Assembly (NCBI RefSeq): GCF_006345805.1
Contig: NW_021833774.1
Span: forward strand, 1 to 64,000
DNA: 64,000 nucleotides
From: Octopus sinensis
Lineage: Eukaryota
Direction of reading: 5' to 3'
Shown here: in pieces, positions 1-13,619 of the stretch
How the letters are laid out: each line of letters starts with the position of its first letter
How positions within the stretch are numbered: position 1 is the first letter of the stretch
Position numbers and translations under genes: made by a program
Notes under the pieces: model-generated
Database searches by the model: none
What the model was told of the DNA's origin: nothing
Seen by the model: only the letters and a program-made list of their open reading frames with translations

Positions 1-537
1 TTTCATTGATATTTATATATATTAGTCATTTTAAATATCTATGTAATTAGATATAGACTAATATTGATATTAGAATATGGGTTTTCTACCTTATAAATTA
101 AAGTAATATTTAACATTATAGTCGATTTCGATATAATCATATTTAATAATAGAGTTTATTATAAGTAAATTATTATTTTAGATTATATATATTTATTTAT
201 ATCTTAAAAATATTGATTATATTTTAGATTTTGAAACCACCTGATGAATGATTGCGACTCAAAAATTTGATGAAGCAGACAGGAACGATCGAGTGGAATT
301 AATTATATTTTTTAATAATTGTTACATATTTAAATAATATAATTAATTTATGTATTGGCTTAAGTCTTTCATTGTTTGATTTGCCTAATAGTGGTTTTGT
401 CTCTAATTTAATATAATATATATTTTCTATAAAATTGGATTCAATCCTAAATCTGATTTTCCCTGTAAGTTTGGATTTATTCCCTAATATTTATTATTAT
501 TTTATTATTATTATTATATATATATATTATATATATA

Positions 538-578
<41 letters not shown>

Positions 579-633
579 AATTAGTAAATAAAACATATGC
601 ATATATACATACATATATGTACGTACCTACCTA

Positions 634-1108
634 CCTCTGGGGCTAAAACTACAGTAGCATCCACCCTTAGGGGTTAGCCATATTGAATGGCAAATATACG
701 TCACGATGTGTTACCACTACTACTAGATAACTCACTTTGATATTTATCATTGTTTGATTTCACTTTTTCAATATCAGCGACAGTGGACGCTGGAAAAAGT
801 ATAAGTATTTGTGAAGGAAATCTAATTCTCGCCGACAACTGTGATTGTCACACGCTGACGAGAGGTCAATACCTCGAAACTCGAGTCCGTGTGTATCATA
901 AGTTGAAGACGGGAAGGATGACTTCCCTTTGCAAATACTGACAGGACACAGAAAGTGTGTCTATGGCCAGCTGGAGGAGTGTGTCCTCCTGGGGCTTAAA
1001 ACTACAGTAGCATCCACCTTCGGGGTTAGCCATATTGAAATGGCAAATATACGTCACGATGTGTTTTACCGCTACTGTAGATAACTCACTTTGATATTTA
1101 TCATTGTT
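634..1108 (+). mobile_element. Terminally redundant ~354-bp hammerhead-containing unit (Penelope pLTR-like / non-LTR retrozyme-like)
   Basis: ~120-bp direct repeats at 634..754 and 985..1108 flank the ribozyme-bearing core. Confidence 0.65.
849..893 (+). ncRNA. Type I hammerhead ribozyme
   Basis: CACACG-CTGACGA-GAGG(tcaata)CCTC-GAAA-C(tcga)G-TC-CGTGTG: 6-bp stem I, complete core, 4-bp stem II, minimal palindromic stem III, predicted GUC cleavage after 887. Confidence 0.85.
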
Positions 1109-2008
1109 ATATATATATACATATATATATACATGCATACATACATACATACATACATACATACATACATACGTATATATATACATACATACATTTAATT
1201 AGTGGTTCTGTCAACCTCATGAAGAAGTTGTTTCATCCAAGGAGATACCGATTCAGTTCCTAGTATTTGGGGGAAATGAATAAATAATTAAGATAATAGC
1301 TATGTATGTATGTATGTATGCATGTATGTATGTATGTATGTATGTATGTATGTATGTATGTATGTATGTATGTATGTATGCATGTATGTATGTATGTATG
1401 TATGCATGTATGTATGTATGTGTGTATGTATGTATGTATGCATGTATGTATGTATGTATGTATGTATGTATGCATGTATGTATGTATGTATGTATGTATG
1501 TATGCATGTATGTATGTATGTATGTATGTATGCATGCATGTATGTATGTATGTATGTATGCATGTATGTATGTATGTATGTATGAGCATGTATGTATGTA
1601 TGTATGTATGTATGTATGCATGCATGTATGTATGTATGTATGTATGTATGTATGTATGTATCCTATTTTAACCATCATCATTAAAGATGACCCAGCTGTT
1701 TTGATGTGTCAACTATATCGCCAAGTTCAATGTGATTTTTATCAGACTCATCGATCAACACACACATGCACACACACACACACACACCACATACATGCAT
1801 ATATATGTGTGTGTGCGTGTGTGTACACATACATACATATGCACAAATATGTATATATATATTATATTTATTATATTATTTATATTATTTATCACATATA
1901 TTTATATATATTTTACTTTTTTTTTATTTATATATACATGTATATATGTGTGTGTGTGCGTGTGTGTGTGTGTGTACACATACATATATACATGTATATA
2001 TATATATA

Positions 2009-2040
2009 CTAGCTGAAGGTGACCCGCTCTACGCGCGGGT
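2009..2040 (-). mobile_element. Helitron 3' terminus fragment
   Basis: On the minus strand, hairpin ACCCGC-gcgtaga-GCGGGT followed 9 nt later by CTAG|T. Confidence 0.55.
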
Positions 2041-2069
2041 AAGAGTGTGGTTGTTACTTTCTGTTGCTT

Positions 2070-2385
2070 CCTTTCAGCACGTAAAAAGCACCATCCGAAC
2101 GTGGCGGATTGCAGCGCCGCCTTGATGGCTTCTATGCTGGTGGCAGGTAAAAGCTTCAACCGATCGTGGCCGTTGCCAGCCCCCCTGGTACCTGTGCCGG
2201 CGGCACGAAAAAAGCACCCACTACACTCACAGAGTGGTTGGCGTTAGGAAGGGCATCCACCTGTAGAAACACTGCCAGATCAGACTGGAGCCTGGTGCAG
2301 CCTCCTGGCTTCTCAGACCCCGGTCAAACTGTCCAACCCGTGCTAGCACGGAAAACGGAGGTTAAACGATGATGATGATGATGAT
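2070..2385 (+). mobile_element. RTE-type LINE 3' UTR fragment with (GAT)n tail (similar copy 61305..61537)
   Basis: Homologous to the 3' end of the RTE remnant at 62286..63005; ends gttaaacgatgatgatg. Confidence 0.65.
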
Positions 2386-4496
2386 GATTCTCCCTCTTTG
2401 TTTCTCTCTCCCTCCTTTCTCTCACTCTCTTCACTTTCCCCACTCTCGACTCTTCCTTTCTCTCGGACTCTCCCTCGCTTTCTCTTACTCTCTATCTTTA
2501 TATATCTCTCTCCCATTTATAAACAACAAAAGATCTTGAGTAAGTTGAGAAATAAAATATTTAGAAAGATCAATCATAAATATCAGGCAGTAACAACGGA
2601 AAGGTCTGCTTCAAGGCAGACAGCAACACACTAACATTTAAAAGGGACAGACGAACTTGCGAGCTGAATAAAAATAATAAAATATTGGAAACCAAAGTTT
2701 GAAGGGATAGAATCTGAGGGTAGTAGAGTCACCATGGCTGGCATTTCTTAACGACGGACAGCAACGTATTGACAGTTTAACGGCTGGCAAAAAATTTTGA
2801 ACTTGATGTAAAAGAAAATCCCTAAACACCAAGTTTTGAAGTGATTCTTTTTCACAACAGTAGACTCACCATGACAAGCATTCAAAACTTCTTCATCATG
2901 GACGGCAACACATTGGCGATTAAAAGACTGGCGCAAATTTTTTAGCTTGATGTAACAGAGAATTGCTAAATACCCGCTCCTTTAAATTTTAATCCCCTTC
3001 CAGCCCCATTTAGACCCCTTTTCACATTTTGGTTAATATAACGCGATTTCATTCGGGTGTACTGGGGCCACATTTTATAAGATGATGAATTTTGTCCTAG
3101 AGGTCACGCCTTTCATTTGAGGAAAAAAAATAGTTGTCATGCAAACTTGCCAGCACTTTTAACATAGGTCTGCATCTATGTATGTGTGTGTGTGTGTATG
3201 TATGTGTATGTATGTGTGTGTATGTATGTGTGTATGTGTGTGTATGTATGTGTGTGTGTATGTATGTATTTCCATTGAGTCAACCTCATTATTTTCTACT
3301 TAGCAGACCGTTACATAAACAGGCAAAGGTACATACACACTCACACATACACACACACATACATACACATACATACACACACACATACATAGATACATAC
3401 ACACACACATACATGCATACATATACACATACATGCATATACACGCACGCACTACAAAAACCGAGTAAAAAATTTCAGTTATCTATCTCTTTCACACAGA
3501 CAGATACATAAAAGAAGGCTGTTTGTATGAAATAGAGTGAGTATTGTGTGTTGATGGTGGTGGTGGTGGTGGTGGTGGTGGTGGCGATGATAATTATCAT
3601 TTGGAAAAAGAGTGAGTGAGTGAGGAAGACATATACATAATTTGTAGCGATGATAATTCTCCCTATGAATGCAGACAGATACATCAAAGAAAGCCGTCTG
3701 GCGAACTTATAAAGGGAAAGTGAAAGGGGGTTGAGGGGAATACATTAAATAACAGGAGTGGCATTCTCAAAGTTATAAATGAAGGGGAGTAAGAGAGGGA
3801 AAGAAGGAAATAGCGTGAGTGAGGAAGATGCCCCCCTAGCAACCACACCTTTCAAGCTAGAGATTTCTAAGGTAGCCCACGAGCATCGTCACCTCATTCT
3901 ACATGTCCCTGTAAATTTTGGAGCGAATCGGACGGGACGTAGTGGCATTGAAAGCGATCCAAGCGGTAAAAACGCATTTCAGTTTTATATATAGAAGATA
4001 TATATATATATATATTTATACATATATTATATTTATTACGTTATTTATTATATATTTATTATATGTATATATATTTTATATATTTTTTATTTATATATAC
4101 ATGTATATATATATGTATGTGTGTGCATGTTGGTGTGTGTGTGTGTGTGTGCGTGTGTGTGTGTCTGTGTGTGTGTGTGTCTGTCTGTGTTATGTAGTCG
4201 AGTAGTACGTCTTTGGTTACGGCAGTTAGAAAGTCACCATTGATTTCGCGTCTATTATTCCACTTGGCAATATAGCCGTCTCGTCAACGGTGCTGACCTG
4301 AGGCACATAACGGCTCTACTAACGGAGGTGAGAAATAAAAAGTCTTGGACAGTTTGGCAGTGATAAAAAAAATTATAAAAACCTAAAACAACTACAAAAA
4401 CCTGACGAGAAAACTTTGAAACGAAATTACCTATTCTGAGCGGACACAGTTACCTGCCTTTCAACAAGTGGGATAATCGCTCCACTGAAAGTATTA

Positions 4497-5811
4497 CCGT
4501 AAATCCTCGAGTATAGTCCCCCTTGTACCTCTGAAAAACCTAAACCTTGTGTATAATACGCACCCCTTCTCTAACTTGAGTCAAGGAGGTCTATATAACG
4601 TCCTTGGTTTGTAAAACTATATACAGTAACGTCCTTTATTATTATTGTATATATAACATAATGCAAACGTGTAGCTTTTTTGTGCATTTTGTTTGCAGAA
4701 AATAAAGAAATAACAGAAATAACGTTTAATAAATGTTGCTTACTGCAAGTTATGGATGATCCTTTTATGACTTCATTGCTTTCAGGCTTAGCTTAAAGTA
4801 TCTTCATGCCCTTGGATATAATACGCAGAGGATTTTTAGGGTGCTGTACTTCTGAAAAAACTTAAACCTTGTGTATAATACGCACACCTTCTCGAACTTG
4901 AGTCAAGGAGGTTTATATAACGTCCTTGGTTTGTAAAACTATATACAGTAACGTCCTTTATTATTATTGTATATAAACATAATGCAAACGTGTAGCTTTT
5001 TTGTGCATTTGTTTGCAGAAAATAAAGAAATAACAGAAATAACGTTTAATAAATGTTGCTTACTGCAAGTTATGGATGATTCTTTTATGACTTCATTGCT
5101 TTCAGGCTTTAGCTTAAAGTATCTTCATGCCCTTGGATAAATACGCAGAGGATTTTTAGGGTGCTGTACTTCTGAAAAACTTAAACCTTGTGTATAATAC
5201 GCACACCTTCTCGAACTTGAGTCAGGAGGTCTATATAACGTCCTTGGTTTGTAAAAATGTATACAGTAACGTCCTTTATTATTATTGTATGTATAACATA
5301 ATGCAAACGTGTAGCTTTTTTGTGCATTTTGTTTGCAGAAAATAAAGAAATAACAGAAATAACGTTTAATAAATGTTGCTTACTGCAAGTTATGGATGAT
5401 CCTTTTATGACTTCATTGCTTTCAGGCTTAGCTTAAGGTATTTTCGTGCCCGTCATCACAAAATGTGTCTGAATAAAAACTGCCGGACAGCAAATAGAGA
5501 CTCGGACATTGCTTAGAAAATATCTTTCATTTTTAACCTCGTATATAGTACGCACTAGGGATTTCGACCTTTAAATTTTGGAGGAAAAAATGCGGATTAT
5601 ACTCGAGGATTAACGGTATGTATATATGTATATATATATAAATATATATAACGTAAATCTTCAAATATATTCCGCCCTTGAGTATAATACGCAGGGGATT
5701 TTTAGGGGGATGTACCACTGAAAAACCAAAACCTTGTGTACAATACGCACTAGGGGTTTTGACCTTTAAATTTTGGGGAAAAAAATTCGGATTATACTCG
5801 AGGATTTGCGG
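4497..5811. mobile_element. pogo/Tigger-like non-autonomous DNA transposon with internal ~320-bp tandem triplication
   Basis: TA|CCGTAAATCCTCGAGTATAGTCC ... GGATTATACTCGAGGATTTGCGG|TA, plus an extra right-TIR copy ending near 5615. No ORF. Confidence 0.75.
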
Positions 5812-6162
5812 TAAGTGTTGGATTTTTGGCGGGTGTTTTTGTGAGCCTCGAGATGGACTTTTGTGAGCCTCGCAATGAATTTTTGTGAGCCTCGTAACAG
5901 ATCTTAGTGAGCCTCTTGGGCACTTTTACCAAATTTAAGCACTAAAGCAGCCATGAATGGGTAATATAGATGAAAGCTTTCCTATAATCAAGCCACAATA
6001 TCGCAACGCTTCTACAGGCTTTTCTTTGGACAGTTGAACTTTATTTAACAAAAGTTATTCGGCACATCTGCGCACTCCTTCCTGCCGGCTCATCAGTCAC
6101 TATGTTGTTGGACTCACGATGCTTCTGGAAGAATTTGTTGAGGGCAGTTTGTGTACAGTCTG

Positions 6163-6326
6163 TAGTGGCTGCGTGGTAAGTAGCTTGCTTACGAACCACA
6201 TGGTTCCGGGTTCAGTCCCACTGCGTGGCACCTTGGGCAAGTGTTTTCTACTATAGCCTCGGGCCGACCAAAGCCTTGTGAGTGGATTTGATAGACGGAA
6301 ACTGAAAGAATCCCGCCGTATGTATG

Positions 6327-6360
<34 letters not shown>

Positions 6361-6396
6361 TATATATGTATGTATGTGTGTGTGTGTTTGTGTGTT

Positions 6397-6431
<35 letters not shown>

Positions 6432-6944
6432 TGTGTGTGTGTGTGTTAGTGTGTCTGTGTTTGTCTTCTCCAACATCGCTTGATAACGGATGCTGGTGTG
6501 TTTACGTCCCCGTAACTTAGCGCTACAGCAAAAGAGACCGATAGAATAAGTAATAGGCTTCCAAAGAATAAGTCCTGGGGCTCGATTTGCCTGAACGTGT
6601 TTTATGAATTAAGGAGGAGAAAAGGAGGAGAGAAAGAAAGAAAGAATGAAAGAGAAAGGAGAAAGGAAATTAGTAAAAATAGCAAAAAGTAAAATAAAGA
6701 ATAAAAGCACTGAAGATACGAATAAAGGGAATAAGGGAAAAGAAAAAAGAAAAATTAAGATATAGGTCGCAGGAGTGGCTGTGTGGTAAGTAGCTTATTT
6801 ACCAACCACATGGTTCCGGGTTCAGTCCCACTGCGTGGCACCTTGGTCAAGTGTCTTCTACTATAGGCTCGGCCACACAAAACTTTGTGAGTGGATTTGG
6901 TAGACGAAAACTGAAAGAAGCCCGTCGTATATGTATATATATAA

Positions 6945-6999
<55 letters not shown>

Positions 7000-7017
7000 T
7001 ATATATAATATATATAC

Positions 7018-7096
<79 letters not shown>

Positions 7097-7303
7097 ATGT
7101 TGTAGCAGTGGTTGTGTGGTAAGTAGCTTGCTAACGAACCACATGGTTAAGGGTTCAGTCCCACTGCGTGGCACCTTTGGCAAGTGTCTGCTACTATAGC
7201 CTCGGCCCGACCAAATCTTGTGAGTGGATTTGGTAGACGGAAACTGAAGAAGCCCGTCGTATATATGTATATATATATGTATATATATATGTATATATAT
7301 ATA

Positions 7304-7334
<31 letters not shown>

Positions 7335-7735
7335 TGTATGTATGTATGTAGGAGTAGTTGTGTGGTAAGTAGCTTGCTAACGAACCACATGGTTCCGGGT
7401 TCAGTCCCACTGCGTGGCACCTTGGGAAAGTGTCTTCTACTATAGCCTCGGCCCGACCAAAACTTTGTGAGTGGATTTGGTAGACGGAAACTGAAAGAAG
7501 CCCGTCGTATATATGTATATATATGTATGTGCGTGAATGTTTGTGTGTCTGTATTTGTCCCCCTAGCATTGCTTGACAACCGATGCTGGTGTGTTTATGT
7601 CCCCATTACTTAGAGGTTCGGCAAAAGAGAGCGATAGAATAAGTACTGGGCTTACAAAAGAATAAGTGCCGGGGTTGAGTTGCTCGATTAAATGCGGTGC
7701 TCCAGCATGGCCGCAGTCAAAATGACTGAAACAAG
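6163..7735 (+). mobile_element. Cluster of tRNA-derived SINE family A (one near-full copy 6163..6590, then head-to-tail partial and full copies 6765..7735)
   Basis: Head GGAGTGGCTGTGTGGTAAG...GGTTCAGTCCC (A/B-box-like), internal microsatellite, tail ...CAGCATGGCCGCAGTCAAATGACTGAAACAAG. Confidence 0.85.
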
Positions 7736-7923
7736 GAAAAAAAGAGGAAAACTAGAAAATGCGGTCGGTCAGTGGTCAGTGGAGATAATTTGAAATAGGA
7801 GTGGGGATAGAGAGAGAAAGGTATTATAGTGTAAAAGATAAGGAATGGGGAGGGGGGTTAAGAGGTAGTGGAAACGCCTATGTGTAGTAGTAGCTTCTAA
7901 TTATTAGACAAATATATAAAGAA

Positions 7924-8227
7924 CTAGCAGTATCGCCCGGCGTTGCTCGGGTTTGTAGGGAAATAACTATAAGCATTTTTAGAGAGTTAGTTGCCTTATA
8001 TAATAGCAAAAAAATGCATTAAAAATAGGAAAAAATGTTGGTAAATATTTTTTAAAATCGTAGACTCATCGTAGACGCGCGCTAATACCCAGAAGATTTC
8101 GATTTGAATCACGACTATAAGATACCCGCTTTTGGTTAAACTGCACCGCAAAATGTGGGAGTAGTTAGGAATCTAAATCGGAGGAGACAGACAGACACAC
8201 ACACAACTTTAGTTTTATATATAAAGA
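7924..8227 (-). mobile_element. Non-autonomous Helitron (same family as 21160..21548 and 55132..55521)
   Basis: A|TC...CCCGAGCAACGCCGGG hairpin...CTAG|T on the minus strand; no TSD. Confidence 0.8.
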
Positions 8228-8324
8228 TAAGTTACAAATACAAATACAATCCTCGTGTCTCATCGTGCCTGCATATGCAGATATATATACCCTGCATGTG
8301 TACATATGTTTATATATACCCACA

Positions 8325-8360
<36 letters not shown>

Positions 8361-8365
8361 TACCC

Positions 8366-8425
<60 letters not shown>

Positions 8426-8468
8426 AAGATAGAAAGATAGATAGATAGATATATATATATATATATTT

Positions 8469-8935
8469 CCCTCCCACATCCACGACACCAGCCATGCTCT
8501 CCGGCTTTTCAACTCTTTCTCTTTTCCTCCCGGCTCCTCCAAAATACTTTTTACAATGGACATCCAGAGCCTCTATACCGTCATCCCTCACCACGAAGGA
8601 CTGCGGGTGAGGGATGAACACTTTCTCGACCTCCGCCGCAACCCTGAACCTAATACCTCCACACTCATTCGTCTGCCCGAACTTGTCCTTTCTCTTAACT
8701 GCTTCTCGTTCTACCAACAGCTCTCGGGAGTGGCCATGGGAACGCGAATGGGCCCCAACTATGCGAATCTGTTGGTTGGTTATGTTGAGGCCCAAATATT
8801 CTCTAGTTTCACTGCTCCCACTCCCGAAATATACGGTCGTTACATTGACGACATTATCGGTGCCACCTCACTCTCTCGTGAACATCTAGATTCCTTCCTC
8901 TCTTTCGTTCAATCCTCCCATCCTGCCCTCCACTA
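8469..8935 (+). mobile_element. Penelope-like element reverse transcriptase fragment
   Basis: PSHIHDTSHAL...FTMDIQSLYTVIPHHEGL...QLSGVAMGTRMGPNYANL...YGRYIDDI are PLE-type RT motifs; truncated at both ends. Confidence 0.85.
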
Positions 8936-9621
8936 TCTCCAACACCTCTCTTTAAAAAAATCTTCTTGCTCAGGCATTGCACGATAACAACAATGTATGT
9001 ATGTATGTATGTATGTATGTATGTATGTATGTATGTATGTATGTACATTGGGAGTAAAGGACGCCTAGCCTTTGTTAGGGCATCCTTCTAGGAGAAGGTA
9101 ACACAGGTAACTGGGATAACTCCGATATAAAACCTGCGGCTCAATGGTTACCGATGATGTTGACTTGTTCTTCTTTTCGGATTATGGCTGCTGTTGTTTA
9201 GTGAGTGGGATTGACTCAGTGCACAGCCTTTCCTCACTTTAAAAAAATCTTCTTGCTCAGGCATTGCACGATAACAACATTGTATGTATGTATGTATGTA
9301 TGTATGTATGTATGTATGTATGTATGTATGTATGTATGTATGTATGTATGTATGTATGTATGTATGTATGTATGTATGTATTTAAAGAAAGGATGGAACT
9401 AGCTTAACCTACATGAAAAGGCCGACCGGATGAATAAACTTCTATCAAAGAAACAAACAATAAATTACACTATTATCAAAATGAATGCCAGCAATTTCTA
9501 AAGTCTGCGGGTTGTATGCTCTGAAACAATGCACCCGTTTGTATCAGGTTTCCAGCACAAGGTCTTACGAAAAGCACTTTAACAAGACAGGTGACACGAG
9601 AGACAGATTCTGTCTGTCTGT

Positions 9622-9663
<42 letters not shown>

Positions 9664-10251
9664 ATATATTATATATATATATTATATATATATATATAAA
9701 GTTATCCAAACAACAACGCGAGGACGTGGAACAAATATAGTATTATTGGACGCTCAGGAAAGAAAGAAAGAAGGAGGGTTTAAGGTTCGAGTGGAGCTCT
9801 TCGTCGGAAACATAGGAGAAGGAAAGATCCAGAGAAGGGAAGACAGAGGAAAAAATCGGCAACGGTACACACGCGGCCAATATATTATATATATATATAG
9901 TTACCCTCGTACGTGTCCTAGAAAAGTGACAATGTAGAGATATTATGAATCCTTATATTCCAGATCAACAAGCATGAGAGTGAAGCTGACATCATGACCA
10001 GACGTGGCTGTATGGTAAGAATTAAAAATTTTATTTGAATATTTAATTTGAATTTATATTTTATATTTTTTATATATTTTATTAATTAATTTTATTTCTA
10101 TGTATTGGCTTATGATTTTCACCGTTTGATTTGCCTAATAGTGGTTTTGTCTCTAATTTAATATAATATTTATTTATACTATAAAATTAGATTTAATCCT
10201 AAATCTAATTTTTCCCTGTAAGTTTGGATTTACTCCCTATTATTATTATTA

Positions 10252-10288
<37 letters not shown>

Positions 10289-10626
10289 ATATTATTATTA
10301 TTATATATATATATATATATATATAATTATTATTTGAGGGAATAAAATCCAAACTTACAAGGAAAAAGAATTCAAATTAACACCTTATCAATTGAAAATA
10401 AATAATTAAATTACACCATCTAGAAAATTACATATAATAGAAAAGTTAAAATTTAAATAACAATGAAATGTAAAGATTAAGTAAATTGCAAAAAAATAAT
10501 TAAAATGTATATAATAGGTAGATAGATAGGTAGGTAGAAAAACATATATATATACGTATGTATGTATGTAGTATGTATGTATGTATGTATGTATGTATGT
10601 ATGTATGTGTATGTAGTATGTATGTA

Positions 10627-11720
10627 CAGGGGTTGGACAAAATAATGGAAACACTTAGCATTATAGCATCATAATTTTGAAATATCTATAATACCGTCAA
10701 AAGCCTGTTTATTTTTATGTTTTTTTTATTATTATTAGCGTTGCTTAATATGTTTTGCTAAAATTGCTGTTTCTTTTCAGGTATCATCAGATAAAGGTAA
10801 TTAAAGTTCATTAAAATGATAGATCTATCGAACTTTCAAAGAGGTCAAATTGTTGGTGCTCGTATGGCAGGCGCTAGCGCAACGAAAACAGCCGAAATGT
10901 TTGGTGTATCAAGAAGAACTGTTTCGTAAGTAATGACAGCCTTTGAGAATAAGGAAAAAAAGACCTTCTCGTCGAAAGAAAACTAAAACTTTCAGATAGG
11001 GACCGTCGCATTCTTACACGAAGAATTGTTAGAAAGGATCACAAAAGTACAGCTCCCAAAATTACTGCAGAGCTTAATAACAACCTTGAGAACCCAGTTC
11101 CCACAAAAACTGTTCGCCGGGTGCTGCACAACGCCGGATTTCACGGGAGGGCTGCAATCAGAAAACCACTACTTTCAAATACAAATCTTGCAAAGCGTTT
11201 AGAGTGAAGTAAAAACCTACAGAATTGGTCCCTAGAGCAGTGGAAGAATTATTTTCTCAGATGAGTCATCCTTTACCTTATTTCCTACCACCGGCCGAGT
11301 ATACGTGTGGAGACAGGCAAAAGGAGCATTTGACCCAGACTACCTTCTTCCAACTGTTAAACATGGAGAAGGATCTGTGATGATCTAGGGGTGGGGGCTA
11401 TATCTTGAAAATTCGCCGTCCCAATGGTTTCCCTTCATGGCAGAATTAATAGTCTAGATTATTTAAGCATTTTATCTGATCAAATTCATCCCCAGATCTC
11501 AATATTTTTGAACATTTACAGTGTATTTTAGAAAAACAAGTAAGGAGTCAATATCCTCCACCACCATCACTGCAAGAACTGGAGACTGTTTTAGCTGAAG
11601 AATGGACAAAAATTCCTCGTAGAATTCAAGGTGTAATTACTGCCAAAGGCGGTCCTACCCCGTATTAAAATAAATTTGTTTGAAATTTTAAGGTGTTTCC
11701 ATTATTTTGTTCGACCCCTG
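10627..11720 (+). mobile_element. Tc1-family DNA transposon with decayed transposase
   Basis: TA|CAGGGGTTGGACAAAATAATGGAAACAC ... GTGTTTCCATTATTTTGTTCGACCCCTG|TA. ORF remnant from 10816 (MIDLSNFQRGQIVGARMAG..., FSDES, PDLNIFEH, KGGPTPY*) with stops, frameshifts and a deletion. Confidence 0.9.
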
Positions 11721-11747
11721 TATATATATATATACATACATACATAC

Positions 11748-11814
<67 letters not shown>

Positions 11815-11822
11815 TATATCTA

Positions 11823-11856
<34 letters not shown>

Positions 11857-11866
11857 ACATATATAT

Positions 11867-11915
<49 letters not shown>

Positions 11916-11962
11916 TAATATATATATATATATATATTATACATATATATATATATTATATA

Positions 11963-12006
<44 letters not shown>

Positions 12007-12097
12007 ATATATATATAAAGCAATTAAGATTCAAGTCAGTTCTAATGAATTCACTTGAATGCGGTACTTAACTTAGATGCACCAGAAAACTGTTTCA

Positions 12098-12435
12098 ATT
12101 GTTTCATACAAAGACAGGCTTTATTAAGTTTGCAAATATTGCAGCAGATAATGCTGCAGATATTGCAAATATTGCAGCAGATATTGATTCACCTTCTCTG
12201 TGAAGCTAATAAGCTTTTTTAAAAACTATGATAAGACTGTGCATCATCATTAAGAACTTTGGAAGTCTGTTTACAACCTGAATCTGCTTTTTATGAAATT
12301 ATCCGATACTTCATGAGTGTAGCCTCACCCACTAAGATGTTGGAGAACTCATATGTGTTTTAGCTGATGAGTACGGGACACTTTTATCTGTTGCAATATT
12401 TGCAACTTTAATAAAGCCTGTCTTTTATGAAATAA
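12098..12435. mobile_element. MITE-like element with ~55-bp inverted repeats
   Basis: AAAGACAGGCTTTATTAAGTTTGCAAATATTGCAGCAGATA vs TATCTGTTGCAATATTTGCAACTTTAATAAAGCCTGTCTTT. Confidence 0.55.
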
Positions 12436-12518
12436 TGTACTAAAACAATCCATTCTGTCTTAATATATATCAAGAACAATCTTACTTCGAAAGGGATGCG
12501 TGCGTTCCGTCATATAAT

Positions 12519-12818
12519 ATATTAATAAATAAAACATATGCATATATATATATATACATATATGTACTACCTACCTCTACATGTATATATACATGCATAT
12601 ATGAGTACAGGACACCAAAAAAACGTCAATCACAATGAGAAACTAAAACATTGTTTAAGAAAAATGTCCAGTTCCTTGGGTTTGTGTCTATGTTTTCGTT
12701 TCTCATTGTGTTCGAGGTTTTTTTTTGGGTGTCCTGTACTCATATATGCATGTATATATACATGTAGAGGTAGGTACGTACATATATGTATATATATATG
12801 CATATATTTTATTTATTA

Positions 12819-12822
<4 letters not shown>
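12519..12822. repeat. Fold-back palindromic repeat, ~130-bp arms
   Basis: Left arm ...CTACCTCTACATGTATATATACATGCATATATGAGTACAGGACACC... is the reverse complement of the right arm; ~40-bp spacer. Confidence 0.7.
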
Positions 12823-12867
<45 letters not shown>

Positions 12868-13019
12868 CATATATACGAAGGAAATGAGAAAAAGAAGAAA
12901 AGAACATTTGCTTTAACACCTTTTCTTATCTTAAAAAATCATCAGTTTTGAAATTCATTTTTTTAAATTCAATTTGAGAACCTGTGTTATACAATAATTG
13001 ACGCAGTTTGTTTCACCAA

Positions 13020-13307
13020 CCAATCAGATTTCGATATATTCTCAACCCTGATTACTCATCGTCATCATCATTGTTATTATTATTATCATTGTTATTATTA
13101 TTAACATTGTTATTATTACATGAAATACCACAATAAAATTTGCTTTCTATGGCTCTTAGTTACCTCAGGAGATCATATTCTTTTACTTTGTATTTCTCAT
13201 AAAAGCTTTCGTTATATAAAGGTGTGAGACTCGGGGAAGATTGTCAAACGATCATCTTTGGATCGCGAGCTGCTGTCTGAATTTTATCGTTTACGAAGAG
13301 ACGAAAA
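13020..13307 (+). promoter_or_regulatory. Promoter A: CCAAT box (13020-13024), TATA box TATATAAA (13213-13220), core promoter/5' UTR
   Basis: Motifs seen directly, and conserved with the region upstream of exon 1B. Confidence 0.7.
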
Positions 13308-13320
13308 AGCGTTTCCAGCC

Positions 13321-13548
13321 ATGGCCATCAAATATCTTCTGTTTGTGGTCATTTGTCTTGGCGTTGCCAGACATGCCTATGCCGTAGATTTGACACTAAA
13401 ATCTGGTGAAACCAGCAATGCTGTCATCGATGCAACCATAAAGAAAATCAGAGACAATTGTATTCTGGCACAAGATTATTTTTTCCTGAAACGGTTGTCA
13501 GTGGCCCAGATGAATTCTATCGCAGCAACAACTGGTGGAATATGGAGG
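13321..13548 (+). CDS. Exon 1A: paralogous first exon (signal peptide + N-terminal domain start); alternative first exon or truncated duplicate
   Basis: Same length (228 nt) and phase-0 boundary (GGIWR|GTAAAT) as exon 1B. 52/76 aa identical by manual alignment, with no stops or indels, and it has its own TATA/CCAAT promoter. Confidence 0.8.
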
Positions 13549-13619
13549 GTAAATACCAGATTTGCACGTATACACACATATATTATTTTTCTTTTTATTT
13601 TACCTAGTTTCAGCTCACG

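Noticed and set aside
236-270. CTGATGA...CTCAAAA as a hammerhead
   Set aside because: Lacks G12 and stems; at most a decayed relic.
6040-6105. CTGATGAG...GAA on the minus strand as a hammerhead
   Set aside because: GAAA is replaced by GAAT and no stem I can form.
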